64,000 bases of DNA from an uncultured Planctomycetota bacterium (GCA_963823665.1 CAWGMQ010000007.1:1053273-1117272); one strand, 5' to 3'; shown: positions 10,990 to 20,880, numbered from the stretch's first letter. Notes: generated by a model from the letters alone, not told the origin. Numbers and translations: made by a program.

Positions 10990-11209
10990 ACCCCCGTCCC
11001 ACACGGACCACACGACGTTCCTGAAATACCCAGACTGTGAACGCGGCCGTCGAATGATCGATCGACTCAATTCGGTTTCGGCATCCGAAATCATAGGCGT
11101 GGCCATTGTCACCGTCGAGGAACGGATGCGCGGCTGGCCGGTTGTGATCGCGAACGAGAAATTCGAAAAAGTGCCAGCCTTGCGAGTCGAGAACTGGCTG
11201 GACCGATGA
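10990..11209 (+). pseudogene. Internally deleted PIN/VapC toxin remnant
   Basis: HTDHTTFL...IVTVEERMRGW joined directly to the C-terminal FEKVPALRVENWLD. Confidence 0.55.
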
Positions 11210-11242
11210 ATCGTCGCGGTGCGCCTTGATGGAGTGAACGAG

Positions 11243-11533
11243 ATGCCTGTCACAACGCTCGACAACTTGCAATCCGAGTTGGAACGGAAAGGCCTCTCTG
11301 TTTCCTTGCGAGGTGGCGGCCGTGCCTCCTTCTTGTTCATCGAACATGAGGGGAAAGCGGTCGAGATTTCCAACCACGAAGGGCGCTGGTGGATCGAGTT
11401 TTGGGATGTTAGCGACGACGAGGATGCTGCACCGGCGCAGGACCGCTTCTTCGCTACGCCCGAGCAAGTGGTCGATGCTGCGACCTGCTGGCTGTTGCAT
11501 TCCGACGGCGCGGGGTGTCATGACGGCATATAG
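11243..11533 (+). CDS. Paralogue of 6655-6945 (orphan putative immunity protein)
   Basis: About 13 differences in 96 aa by manual comparison; the toxin gene is absent upstream. Confidence 0.65.
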   Translation: MPVTTLDNLQSELERKGLSVSLRGGGRASFLFIEHEGKAVEISNHEGRWWIEFWDVSDDEDAAPAQDRFFATPEQVVDAATCWLLHSDGAGCHDGI

Positions 11534-11613
11534 GAGCAGAAAAGGTCTCAGCCGCCGCGTCCCGTGCCAAGCCCCCGTTTTGGGGGCGCCATCGTGAAGC
11601 TCGGGGCGTGAGC

Positions 11614-13178
11614 CTTTGTCCTTACCATCATCTTCATCATACCGATGAAGATACGTCGATGATAGCCTCGGCGCCCCGGATCATGATCTGCAGCTTGTCC
11701 CAACCCCGCCAGATCGTCATCCAACCTGGCTCCCCATCGTGGCGGCGGCCCAGGAACCCTCCCAGCTTGGCCAACTCCCGAAAAAATCCTCCCGCAGTTA
11801 ATATTGTCGTGGGCGTCAATCTGCGCACCACCTTCAGCATCATCACGTATTTGGGCGGTACTACCTCGGTCGCAGGCTGCTCGGGAGCTGTCCGCGCCAC
11901 TCCCTTCAACTGGAATAACCGCACTGCTTCCACCGACATCAATCCCATCATGGCTTCGAGACGATCGCAAGTCTTGAGCTGGCGACGTTCTACCTGAAAG
12001 CCTGTTTTCAGGACCTTGTGCCACTCCTCAATTAGCCACCTCTTCCGGTAGTACCCCACGATCGCCGTAGCATCTTCAAAATCTTCCACCAGCAAAGAAG
12101 TGTAAAGCACCCACTCGATCGGCTCCACTCCGTCGGGAGCATCTACCTCGCGCACCCAGACTACCCACATGGGGATCGCCGCGGGCTTGACCTTCTTCAG
12201 GAATGGGCTTTTGAGTTTCGGCGTCGGCATCCGTAAGGCCCCGATGGCGACCACCAGCTTGGCCGTCCGAGCCGGTGCTTTGGGGCGAGCCCGCAGATTG
12301 AGCGTGTAACATCCAGCCCGCGGCAGGGTCCCTAAGTAGACTTTCAGCGGCGTTTCCCCGCCCTCCGGCGTGATAATGATCCGGATCAGGCTCTTGGCTC
12401 TCGCCACCCATTCGGTTTCTGTCTGCTGGCAGTGATAGAAAAACTCAAAGTCGTCGGCGCCACGATCAACTACGTGAATCCAGGAAGTTCCCGACGGCGG
12501 GGATCCCATTTGGATGACAAGATCACCCCAGATCTGTGACTCGCGATCGTCACGCCGCAACCGCTCGGTCCGCGTCTCCCCCTTGCGAACGCGCTGACGA
12601 TGATAGATCAGTTGTCCGGCCAAGCCGTGAACCCGGTCGTCTTCGGCGGAAACCATCAAACCCGAGTGAAGGTGAAATCCTTGTCCGATACCCGAACCAA
12701 CCGGCGAAAGGCCAGTGACCTGTCGGCACGGCCCGTAATCGATTTCGGTCGTGTCTGCGATGATCAATTGACGCTCACCTGTTGTCTTCTTGGTAAGCTC
12801 CCAATGGTGACTGGCGATCGCTTGAAAGGTGACGTCCTCACAATCAAAGAAATTGTATGCGGCCCTCAGATCATTCCAGGATTCGGTTTGCTGAGGAAAA
12901 CTCCCGGACGGATCTGCGGCGATCTGCGTTGCCAAGAGAACAAGTCGTTTGGTACGGCGTTCGTCATGAAGATCGGTGGTAGCAAATTGGGTCATGGCCC
13001 AAGTCTGCGCATCTGAAAGAAAGGTGTCCACCCGAGGCTCCTGCGGTTGAAACGCGATCCCTCCCCCCCACTTCAGCGTGTGGCTTGGCTTGATATTACC
13101 AGGTGCGAAGCGAGAAAAGCCGGGAAAACGCCGTGGCAGCGCACCCATGACCACCACAAGATGATGGTAAGGACAAAG
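11614..13178 (-). mobile_element. IS4-family (IS50 group) insertion sequence, copy 2, 1565 bp
   Basis: Same IRs (21-bp match in this copy) and same GCGTGAGC direct repeat at 11606-11613 and 13179-13186. Confidence 0.92.
11637..13031 (-). CDS. IS4-family DDE transposase
   Basis: About 12 aa differences from copy 1; GTG start; YRKRWLIEEWHK motif. Confidence 0.93.
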   Translation of the reverse strand: MDTFLSDAQTWAMTQFATTDLHDERRTKRLVLLATQIAADPSGSFPQQTESWNDLRAAYNFFDCEDVTFQAIASHHWELTKKTTGERQLIIADTTEIDYGPCRQVTGLSPVGSGIGQGFHLHSGLMVSAEDDRVHGLAGQLIYHRQRVRKGETRTERLRRDDRESQIWGDLVIQMGSPPSGTSWIHVVDRGADDFEFFYHCQQTETEWVARAKSLIRIIITPEGGETPLKVYLGTLPRAGCYTLNLRARPKAPARTAKLVVAIGALRMPTPKLKSPFLKKVKPAAIPMWVVWVREVDAPDGVEPIEWVLYTSLLVEDFEDATAIVGYYRKRWLIEEWHKVLKTGFQVERRQLKTCDRLEAMMGLMSVEAVRLFQLKGVARTAPEQPATEVVPPKYVMMLKVVRRLTPTTILTAGGFFRELAKLGGFLGRRHDGEPGWMTIWRGWDKLQIMIRGAEAIIDVSSSV

Positions 13179-13637
13179 GCGTGAGCCCCGAGATTGATTG
13201 GACAATCCTTCACCTCTTCTCACCCCTTCTGCGAAGCCCTCAACGGGGGCGACATCGTCTGGCGCGGGCTGTCAGCCCCGAGACCCCAGGAAAAGCCTGT
13301 CAGCCACCATGAGCGCATAGCAGCCGACGCCCGCCGCACAGGGCGGACGCTCAGCGTTTATCGCACCGGGCACCCGGCGAGTTGGCAAGCTCGTGAACGC
13401 GAAACCAAGTGGCGACTTCTCGCAGGCGCACGACCCGCGGCGAAGAATCGACCCAGCAGATTGCCCTTGCTAAGTTCTCCGACCAAGGCCGAGAACTTGC
13501 AATCGCTGGCGTGAGATTACGTAGTCGGCTCTACTGGTCTGGAAAAGTGAGCGAGCGGCGTGCACCGTAGTGATCGCTGCGCTTCGGCCCGCCGCCGTCT
13601 CGACATGGCGCTTTTTGATCTGTTCGGGCCTGACTAT

Positions 13638-13657
13638 ATCTGTTCTAATATACAGTA
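13638..13657. promoter_or_regulatory. LexA/SOS-box-like palindrome
   Basis: CTGT-TCTAATAT-ACAG-TA matches the CTGT-N8-ACAG consensus; AT-rich context about 220 bp upstream of the nuclease gene. Confidence 0.4.
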
Positions 13658-13873
13658 TCGGAGTTTGAAGGTTTTTTCCCTTGCCAGGCGCTGGCTTCCA
13701 AAATAAATCTTGCGGCAATGTCTCCGCGAGCGCCGAACATTGTCGTAACTGGCCGTGAATAGAGACTGCCAATAGTTGAGTTGCCGGGAATGTGACGGAT
13801 CGAACGGAATCGTGATCAGCGTGGCGCGTGTCAGGAACCGGGTGCGGGAATAACAAAGCGGCGAGTCGCGATC

Positions 13874-14560
13874 ATGTTTCTTCGGGAATCGGAAATGGCG
13901 GGAAGCGTCGTTGACTGGATGCGGTCCACGAACTTAATCGTGAAGCCAGAGTTTGTCACGCCTTGGGGGATCTGCGACTTCGTTGGATTGAGCTTCAATC
14001 AATCGCGGGTGGACCAACGGCTGGAACTACGACAGACGCGAGCGATCGGCTCGATCACGCGTGCATCTCTTATGCTTATGGTACCCGATGTGGCCACGGG
14101 AAAATCGGTTAACTTGACGCAGTTGGTGCGGGCTTGCTCGTTTTCTGTTTCGGCAGAAGTAGTGGAGCACGAGCTGGAGAGGCTCGTTGCCGATCACTTT
14201 GTAGTGTGTCTCCCGCGCGGGCGATTCCAAAAAGTCAACGGCTGGCTGCCGTTGCAGAAACGTTTGGTCGCTGTCGAATTAAAGCTGCACCGGGTCGATG
14301 AAGCACTGCGCCAGGCGATGAGCAACCTAGGTTTTGCTGATGAGTCTTATGTGGCGCTCCCCAGTGACGTCGCGGATAAGGTCGAGGCGAAAACGCTCCG
14401 AAAGTCCCTTTTTTTGAAGGCCGGAGTGGGTCTCATAAGAGTTTCGACGACGGGGTGCGAGGTGCGTATCTCCGCTCGGAAGCAGAATCCTTGGAAGAAC
14501 GAAGCGATTCAGTTCCACGCTGTTGAAAAGTTCTGGCGAACTCGCACTAAAGACAGATGA
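13874..14560 (+). CDS. PD-(D/E)xK nuclease-fold protein with inserted winged-helix-like segment
   Basis: EF..PWGICDFVG, VAVELKL, ALRQA..NLGFADESYVALP and GVGLIRV motifs; central NLTQLVRA..VSAEVVEHELERLVADHFV resembles a wHTH. Confidence 0.65.
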   Translation: MFLRESEMAGSVVDWMRSTNLIVKPEFVTPWGICDFVGLSFNQSRVDQRLELRQTRAIGSITRASLMLMVPDVATGKSVNLTQLVRACSFSVSAEVVEHELERLVADHFVVCLPRGRFQKVNGWLPLQKRLVAVELKLHRVDEALRQAMSNLGFADESYVALPSDVADKVEAKTLRKSLFLKAGVGLIRVSTTGCEVRISARKQNPWKNEAIQFHAVEKFWRTRTKDR

Positions 14561-15732
14561 GCATTAAGGCCTCAGCAATTACTTCGGGTCTTCTCGCCGT
14601 ACCCTCATTGTCCAAGTCGGGCAGCGTCTTGCCAAGCGTGTACGCCGCGGACAAATCTTGAAACAGCGCCATCGACCGTCCTTCTTTAGGCGTGGAGGCC
14701 AGGATTTCGAAACCAGCGCTTGTAGAACTTGGCCACTTGCTCGCGGGCAGCACCAGCAAGTGTTCCGCGTGTAAAGGCTCTTTGGAGCCCAATGAACTCC
14801 GACCGCGCTGGGTGCGACGCGCCGAGTCTTTCAATCGCAACGGCGAGCCACCTGCCAAGGCTCGGTCCAACGCCAGCGCACCGACGCAATGATGGGAGCG
14901 CGATTTTGGCACTTGGTGAGGTTGACATTCCTCCGGCCAAATGGAATTGGTAGCCAGCTCCGACGCCGATCGCTGGATAGTCGACCAAGCCCCGTACCCA
15001 GAGCACGAGATTAAGAGCCCAGTAGGGTCCCGCGATCCGCATTTTTGACGAGATGCGAGCGTTCAGCTCTTCATGCAGCGCAAGAATTGCGGGAAAACGC
15101 TTGTTTCTTAACGTCGGTGAACCGCTGTCATCAGATAATTGAGCATCAACCAACCAATACCCGTCTGCACCCGCCAAGTCGTAGCAGCGCTCGGCTTGTT
15201 CGACCTTCGGATTTCGAACAGTCTTGCCATTGATTTGGCGCTGATGTGTGACTACGAGCGGAAGAATTAAGCGACCAGGGAAGCCGCTTCGGTTCTTCCA
15301 GATGCCAGATTCCTCCGCGAGCATCCGGTTTATCTTGTTGCGGGCCGAGTCGCTCGCGAGCGGAACCTGCGGGACCGTGATCCATGCGGGATGATATTCT
15401 ACACACGCGTCAAGCAGTTCGGTCACGAACGCCGAGACTTCCGACCTGACTGGCCGTTGTTGGTACGCCGGTGTGCCGATGTTCTCAAAGTTGGAAAGGT
15501 CAGACATAAAAGTAAACCAGGGATTTTCTTGCTCGCCCCGAGGGCGCCGCGACTCGAGATTGTCCAATCCGTCGGCACCGGCATCGAGCCAGATCCCTAG
15601 GCCGTGCGGAAGTCTTTCGAGGAGAATCGATGCCCTATCGAGCGGCACACGAACGATCTCCGAGTCGAGATAATGCGCACTCACTAGCTTCGCGCCATCT
15701 ACACTTGTGACGAAAGGGATGTGATCTGCCAT
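14547..15732 (-). CDS. Hypothetical protein, predicted TIM-barrel-like (about 394 aa after correcting one frameshift near 14708)
   Basis: Alternating beta/alpha pattern with IWLDAGADG, AWITVPQVP, ADGYWLVD and GLVDYPAIGVG; KRWF continues as EILASTP...LMLICL in the adjacent frame (extra T); starts 7 bp after the FRG stop. Confidence 0.55.
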
Positions 15733-15739
15733 TTCATCC

Positions 15740-16555
15740 TCACAGTCCAGCCGTTCGACGGATGTGGGCACAAACGTGTTCCGGCTCCGGAAATATGAAC
15801 ATTTCGCCGATCCCGACGCGTTCCAATTCCTGGAGGAGCGGCTGTTTATGCTCGCGAAGGATGGGTACGTAGAGAAGCGAACTCGCCTGACGGTGGTCTA
15901 ACTCGAAGCGTCGTGAGCCGTGGAGCGTAAATGCGCCTTGCTGCATCGCTATGCGCTCGGTGTTCCAAGTTGGATTGATCGCTATTGTCCGACTTCCACG
16001 AGGGTTGATTCGACCTCCGAGTTTGAAGTACGGACTGATCAGCTCGCGATCTCTGTGCGGATTAAAGATCCTGGGCAACCGAGGGTCGACCATTTGGTTA
16101 AGCTGGATCGGGTTCAAGATCACCACCAAACCGTCGTTCTCGGGTTCGTCGCAGCACGCAAAAAATAAGGCTACTGCAGCGTTTTGTGTCCAATCCAAGA
16201 GCCGGGTCGGAAGGCCGTAATGCTGTGCGACCTGCATCCAGCCGAGTTCATCGTCGGCCGACGGGGGCCTAACGAGCTTCATCTCGAGGTAGCGCTTCAT
16301 TTCGGCGACTATGCCAAGCGCACGCTCCCTTTTGTCGTTCTCGATGTACCGCAGGGCCGATGGTGCCAGCCTGTACTCCAGTGCGGAATGGCCGCGAAAC
16401 CAAAAGATTTTACTTGCTTCGAGCAGGGCGTGAAACACCGCGAAAAAGTCGCTCAGAGCGCTGATCTCGTTCTCCAAGTAGATCGGACAATCGATCGGAC
16501 ACTGAGAGAACCGTTTTCTGATCTCAGAGCGTTTGTTCGCTGTTGTTGCAGGCAT
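15740..16555 (-). CDS. FRG domain protein
   Basis: WFRGHS, LAPSALR, AQHYGLPTRLLDWT.NAAVALFFAC, RIAMQQGAFT and LERVGI...FIFPE motifs. Confidence 0.9.
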   Translation of the reverse strand: MPATTANKRSEIRKRFSQCPIDCPIYLENEISALSDFFAVFHALLEASKIFWFRGHSALEYRLAPSALRYIENDKRERALGIVAEMKRYLEMKLVRPPSADDELGWMQVAQHYGLPTRLLDWTQNAAVALFFACCDEPENDGLVVILNPIQLNQMVDPRLPRIFNPHRDRELISPYFKLGGRINPRGSRTIAINPTWNTERIAMQQGAFTLHGSRRFELDHRQASSLLYVPILREHKQPLLQELERVGIGEMFIFPEPEHVCAHIRRTAGL

Positions 16556-17069
16556 CTCACGTTATATTCCCGTGGCTCGCTGACGCGGGCTGCATTCTGC
16601 ATCGACGGAAAAATGTCTTTGCATCGTCGCCGTCGCGCGTGAGTTCCCCGTAGACAATCGCACGCGCTGATCGCATGCGCCTTCACGGACTTTTGGTTCT
16701 AGAATGGAAGATGAGGCACCGCCGCCACATTTAGGATTCCGTTGCGGATACTTGGCCAGTAAGGCAGGCTGCTGTCACGTTCTTCGCAACTCGAAGCACT
16801 TGTCAAGCGCGGAGACGAGACAGTATTGCTTTCTGCGACCGTTCGTTCGATCTCGGTTTCGACCGGTACCGCCGGACGGGTCGTGGGTGGCAATCTGCAA
16901 TTGTGCGATTCATTGGCCCGCTGAGCTAGATGGAAATGCTTCTGCCACATTAGATTTCTCGCGGACGGTCCCGACCCTAGCTGACGGCGCACCTGGTGAC
17001 TGCCGTCTCTTAGAAGCCCGCGGCCATCGACCGATACCATGCAATATGCCGCCCGCGACTGGTTTGAGA

Positions 17070-17267
17070 TCAGTGGTTATCCATGACCGAGAAACCACAG
17101 ACGGAGACAGTGAAGCCATCCGCAAGTTCTTCCTGCCGACGCTCGATCCATTCCTTGCGATGACGCGGTTCTTCACCGAGCAGGAAAGCACGCCGGACAC
17201 ATCGAGTGATGCAATGATACCAGCGGGTAACGGACACGTCGACAAGATGCGCGCGAGCCATCGTCAT
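17070..17267 (-). pseudogene. Truncated REP-associated tyrosine transposase (RAYT/Y1) N-terminus
   Basis: WYHCITRCVRRAFLLG...HRKEWIE...VCGFSVMDNH, then a stop in the middle of the HUH motif. Confidence 0.75.
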
Positions 17268-17413
17268 GGGTGGATCTATTAGTTTGGTTGGCAAAAACTT
17301 GCCCAGACCACCAGGCGGTGTCAAGATTGCAATGCATGTCCTCGCCCTCACAAAAACCTGACATTGTACAAGGGCCGAGATCCGGACATTGACAGGCTGG
17401 CGGAGGATTGGCC

Positions 17414-20400
17414 ATGTCTACCGAAGAAGTTATTAGAGTGTTCATTAGCTATAGTCACGACTGTGACGTTTGGGCCAAGGCCGGCAAGGACCCGGATACG
17501 CAACGGGACCGTGTCCGCACACTTTGTACGCGGCTGCGATCCGGGGGAGTGGACTGTCACATCGACCAGCAGTTCGAGGCGCCGGCGCAGGGCTGGCCGC
17601 GCTGGATGGAAGACGAAATCGCCGAAGCCGACTTCGTCTTGGTCGTCGCAACCAAAACCTATAACAGACGGTTCCGTGGCCACGAGGAACCGGGCCGTGG
17701 GCTCGGGGGAACGTGGGAAGGAGGCCTGATCACTAAGGAAGTTTACAACAAGGGAGGAAGGAACACGAAGTTCATCCCCATCGTGTTCGACGCACCTGAC
17801 ACCGAACACATCCCGTCGCCGCTCCAGTCCACTACCTACTACCAGGTGAGCGACGACAAAGGTTTCGAGGCGTTGTATTACCGCCTGACCGACCAACCGG
17901 ACTACGTCCCGGAACCGCTCGGACAGCTTCGACGCCGGCCGGAGCGTGAGAACAAGTCGCCCAAGGAGGCAGCAACCAGCACGCCTCCCCAGGACAACCT
18001 CCCGGCGCGGAACCTTCTGTTCGCCGGCCGTAGCAATGTCCTGGATGCGGTCAGCAAGGCTCTCTTAGCCCGCGGCCGCGCCGCCCTGGTGGGGATGCCC
18101 GGAATGGGCAAGACGCAAATCGCGCTGGAGTATGCCCACCGGCACCGAGGAGACTACCGGTTTACACTCTGGCTGAACGCCGACTCCCCGGAGTCGCTCG
18201 CTGCCGGCTACCTGGGCTTGGCGCGGGTGTTGGGTCTGCACGAATGGGACGCGCCCGACCAGGATTCCGCCCTCGAGGCTGTCCGACGGTGGATGCGCAA
18301 GGAAGCCGGGTGGCTGCTGGTCATCGACAACGCCGACGCCCCTGGGGCGGTCCGTCACTTGCTGCCGCTCGACGGCCTCGGCCACCTGCTGTTAACCACG
18401 CGCGACCCGGCAGTCACCCATTGGGCCCCGCTCGTTGAGGTGAATCGGCTCGCACCCGAGGAGGGAGCGCGGATAATCCTACTCCGAGCGGGCCGGATTT
18501 CGGACTGCGCCACGCTCGATCTGGCGCACCCCGACGACCTCGACGCCGCCATGACCATCAGTCGGGCGGTCGATGGGCTTCCCTTGGCGCTTGACCAGGC
18601 CGGCTCTTACATGGTCGAGGCCCCGGTCAGCCCCCTCGAATACTGGGAGTTGTATCAAAACGAGGGCGCTGAACTCCGCGACCAGCGTGGCGAGCTCGGC
18701 GACCGCGACTCGGTGTCGCGCACCTTCACTCTGGCCCTGGCTAGCGTCGAGAGTGTTAACCCGGCCGCCGTCGACATCCTCCGCGTCGGCGCCTTTCTCG
18801 GATCGGACTCAATCCCCGAGGAGGTCTTCCTGGAAGGCGCGACTGAGCTGGGCGACCAGCTCGGCGCGGCCTGCTCCAGAAAATCCTCCTTCCTGAACCT
18901 CGTCGGTGCTGCCCACCGCCTCTCGCTCGTCCGTCGCGACGTCGAGGCACGAACTTTGACAATGCACCGGGTCGTGCAGGACGTGACGCGCGACACAATG
19001 GATGCGGAGACGCAACAGCTCTGGGCCGAACGCACTCTACGGGCAGTAAACCGGGCATTTCCGGGTTGGGAAGGGCAGCGCACTCGCCGGACGCTCTGCG
19101 ATCGGTTGTCGCCGCACGCTGTGACTTGCCTCGACGAAGCCGAGCACCGGGGTATCAAAGTGATGGACGTCTACCACCTCCTTCGCGATCTGGGAGTGCA
19201 CCTGGAGAACCGTTCGCGGTTCGACGAGGCTGAGTCGCTCTTCCGCCGCGCCTTGGCTGGTTTCGAGGATCTCTGCGGCGCGGACAGCGTCGATGCCGCG
19301 AGGATGAATCATCTCGTGGGTCGGATCTGCCGAGTCGTCGAGCGAAAGGAGGAAGCCGAACAGTACTTCCGCCGCGCGCTGACGATTTTCGATAAAATCT
19401 TGGGGCCCGATCACGTCGAAACCGGGACCACCCTCAACAGCTTGGGCGTGCTCCTGACGAGCAGCGATCGCCGCCAATCCGAGTCGGAAGGCTTTCTGCT
19501 CCGAGCCCAGGCGATCTTCGTAAAATTGGGCGAGTCCGAGGCTACGCGACATGCCAACAATCTCGGCTGCCTGGCGAATCTTCGATCCCGTCAGGGCCGA
19601 CGCTCCGAGGCCGAGACACTCCACCATAAGGCGATCGCCATCATCGAAGCGGCCGAAGGGGTGGAATCGCCCAGCCTCTATTTCCTACTGCTGAATTTAT
19701 CGCAGGAGATCCGGGATCTGGGCCGGCTGGACGAAGCCGAACCGCTCCTGGTCCGCGCCCTCAACATCGCAGAAAAATCGTTTGATCCTCATGGCTATCA
19801 GGTCGGTGCTGGCAATCAAAAAATTGCTGAGTTGCGTAAGCGGCAGGGGCGGCAGGATGAGGCCGAGTTACACTACCGTCGCGCCATGGAAATCTTCGAG
19901 AACGTTTTTGGTCCAGAAAGCCGCCGGGTAGCCGATATTCTGGTCCAGGTGGCTTACATCGCCAAGACTCAGGGGCGCCATGCCGACGCGGAACAGCTCT
20001 ACCGTCGCAATGTCGCAATTCGGCAGAAGACCGACGGTCCCGCCCACAGCGATACAGCAGACGGGCTGCTTTGCCTTGCCGACTCCCTTTGCGACTTGGG
20101 GCGTACTGCCGACGCGATACCGTTCTACCGACAATCCCTTGACATCCGCCGGACAATCGGGCTCGATTACTTCTCCGCTTTCTGCCTCAAAAAGTTTGCG
20201 ATGCTTCTCGACAAGATGCGCCATGACGACGAGTCGGAGAGGCTCTTCCGCGAGCTCCTTGAATATCAACTCAAAAGCCTTGGGCTGACTTCCTCCAGTA
20301 TCGATACATGCAGTAACATTATAATAATATTGAATAGGAATGGTAAATATGACGAGATTATTTCACTGATCGACCGCTACTTGTCCGAGATTGAACAACG

Positions 20401-20551
20401 TCGATGCAAGTGGGGAAAGCTCTTTGACACACTCGTCGAACAGACGGCGAGCATTTTGGCCGCGGCCGGCTTTGCACTTAAAGCGACGGCCACGCGGGAC
20501 CGCGCAAAGCGCTTACGCGAACAGAAGATAGCCTCATCGGCCCAAGAATAA
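17414..20551 (+). CDS. SEFIR/TIR-like + NB-ARC (STAND ATPase) + TPR protein, bacterial NLR-like
   Basis: VFISYSHD, QGWPRWMEDEI.EADFVLVV, WEGGLI, KFIPIVF; Walker A GMPGMGKT, Walker B WLLVIDNAD, GLPLALDQA, MHRVVQ; roughly 9-10 TPR repeats; GGAGG RBS. Confidence 0.9.
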   Translation: MSTEEVIRVFISYSHDCDVWAKAGKDPDTQRDRVRTLCTRLRSGGVDCHIDQQFEAPAQGWPRWMEDEIAEADFVLVVATKTYNRRFRGHEEPGRGLGGTWEGGLITKEVYNKGGRNTKFIPIVFDAPDTEHIPSPLQSTTYYQVSDDKGFEALYYRLTDQPDYVPEPLGQLRRRPERENKSPKEAATSTPPQDNLPARNLLFAGRSNVLDAVSKALLARGRAALVGMPGMGKTQIALEYAHRHRGDYRFTLWLNADSPESLAAGYLGLARVLGLHEWDAPDQDSALEAVRRWMRKEAGWLLVIDNADAPGAVRHLLPLDGLGHLLLTTRDPAVTHWAPLVEVNRLAPEEGARIILLRAGRISDCATLDLAHPDDLDAAMTISRAVDGLPLALDQAGSYMVEAPVSPLEYWELYQNEGAELRDQRGELGDRDSVSRTFTLALASVESVNPAAVDILRVGAFLGSDSIPEEVFLEGATELGDQLGAACSRKSSFLNLVGAAHRLSLVRRDVEARTLTMHRVVQDVTRDTMDAETQQLWAERTLRAVNRAFPGWEGQRTRRTLCDRLSPHAVTCLDEAEHRGIKVMDVYHLLRDLGVHLENRSRFDEAESLFRRALAGFEDLCGADSVDAARMNHLVGRICRVVERKEEAEQYFRRALTIFDKILGPDHVETGTTLNSLGVLLTSSDRRQSESEGFLLRAQAIFVKLGESEATRHANNLGCLANLRSRQGRRSEAETLHHKAIAIIEAAEGVESPSLYFLLLNLSQEIRDLGRLDEAEPLLVRALNIAEKSFDPHGYQVGAGNQKIAELRKRQGRQDEAELHYRRAMEIFENVFGPESRRVADILVQVAYIAKTQGRHADAEQLYRRNVAIRQKTDGPAHSDTADGLLCLADSLCDLGRTADAIPFYRQSLDIRRTIGLDYFSAFCLKKFAMLLDKMRHDDESERLFRELLEYQLKSLGLTSSSIDTCSNIIIILNRNGKYDEIISLIDRYLSEIEQRRCKWGKLFDTLVEQTASILAAAGFALKATATRDRAKRLREQKIASSAQE

Positions 20552-20880
20552 TCTGGTCGGCAATTCCATGAATCGCCTCCGGCGCGCCCCGTATCCGCCT
20601 CCGCGCGTCGATCACATTATTCCAAATAATCGACGATGAAGCGCACTACCATCGATGCCCACCACACGCCCAGCTCAGCCCGTCCAGCGTTCGCCGGAGC
20701 ATTGTCGTCCAGCGGCATTAGTATCGACCACTCAAATCGACACGTGCGTTCGAGCCCCCAATTGGTGCGAGGAAGACGCTAACCCCTGATGCCATGAAGT
20801 CGAATCCCTGCCGTTAGCCCGGCTGACTGCGTCCAGCAAAAACGTGCACACTTCACGAGTCGCGCTCTGCGAACCGCCTG

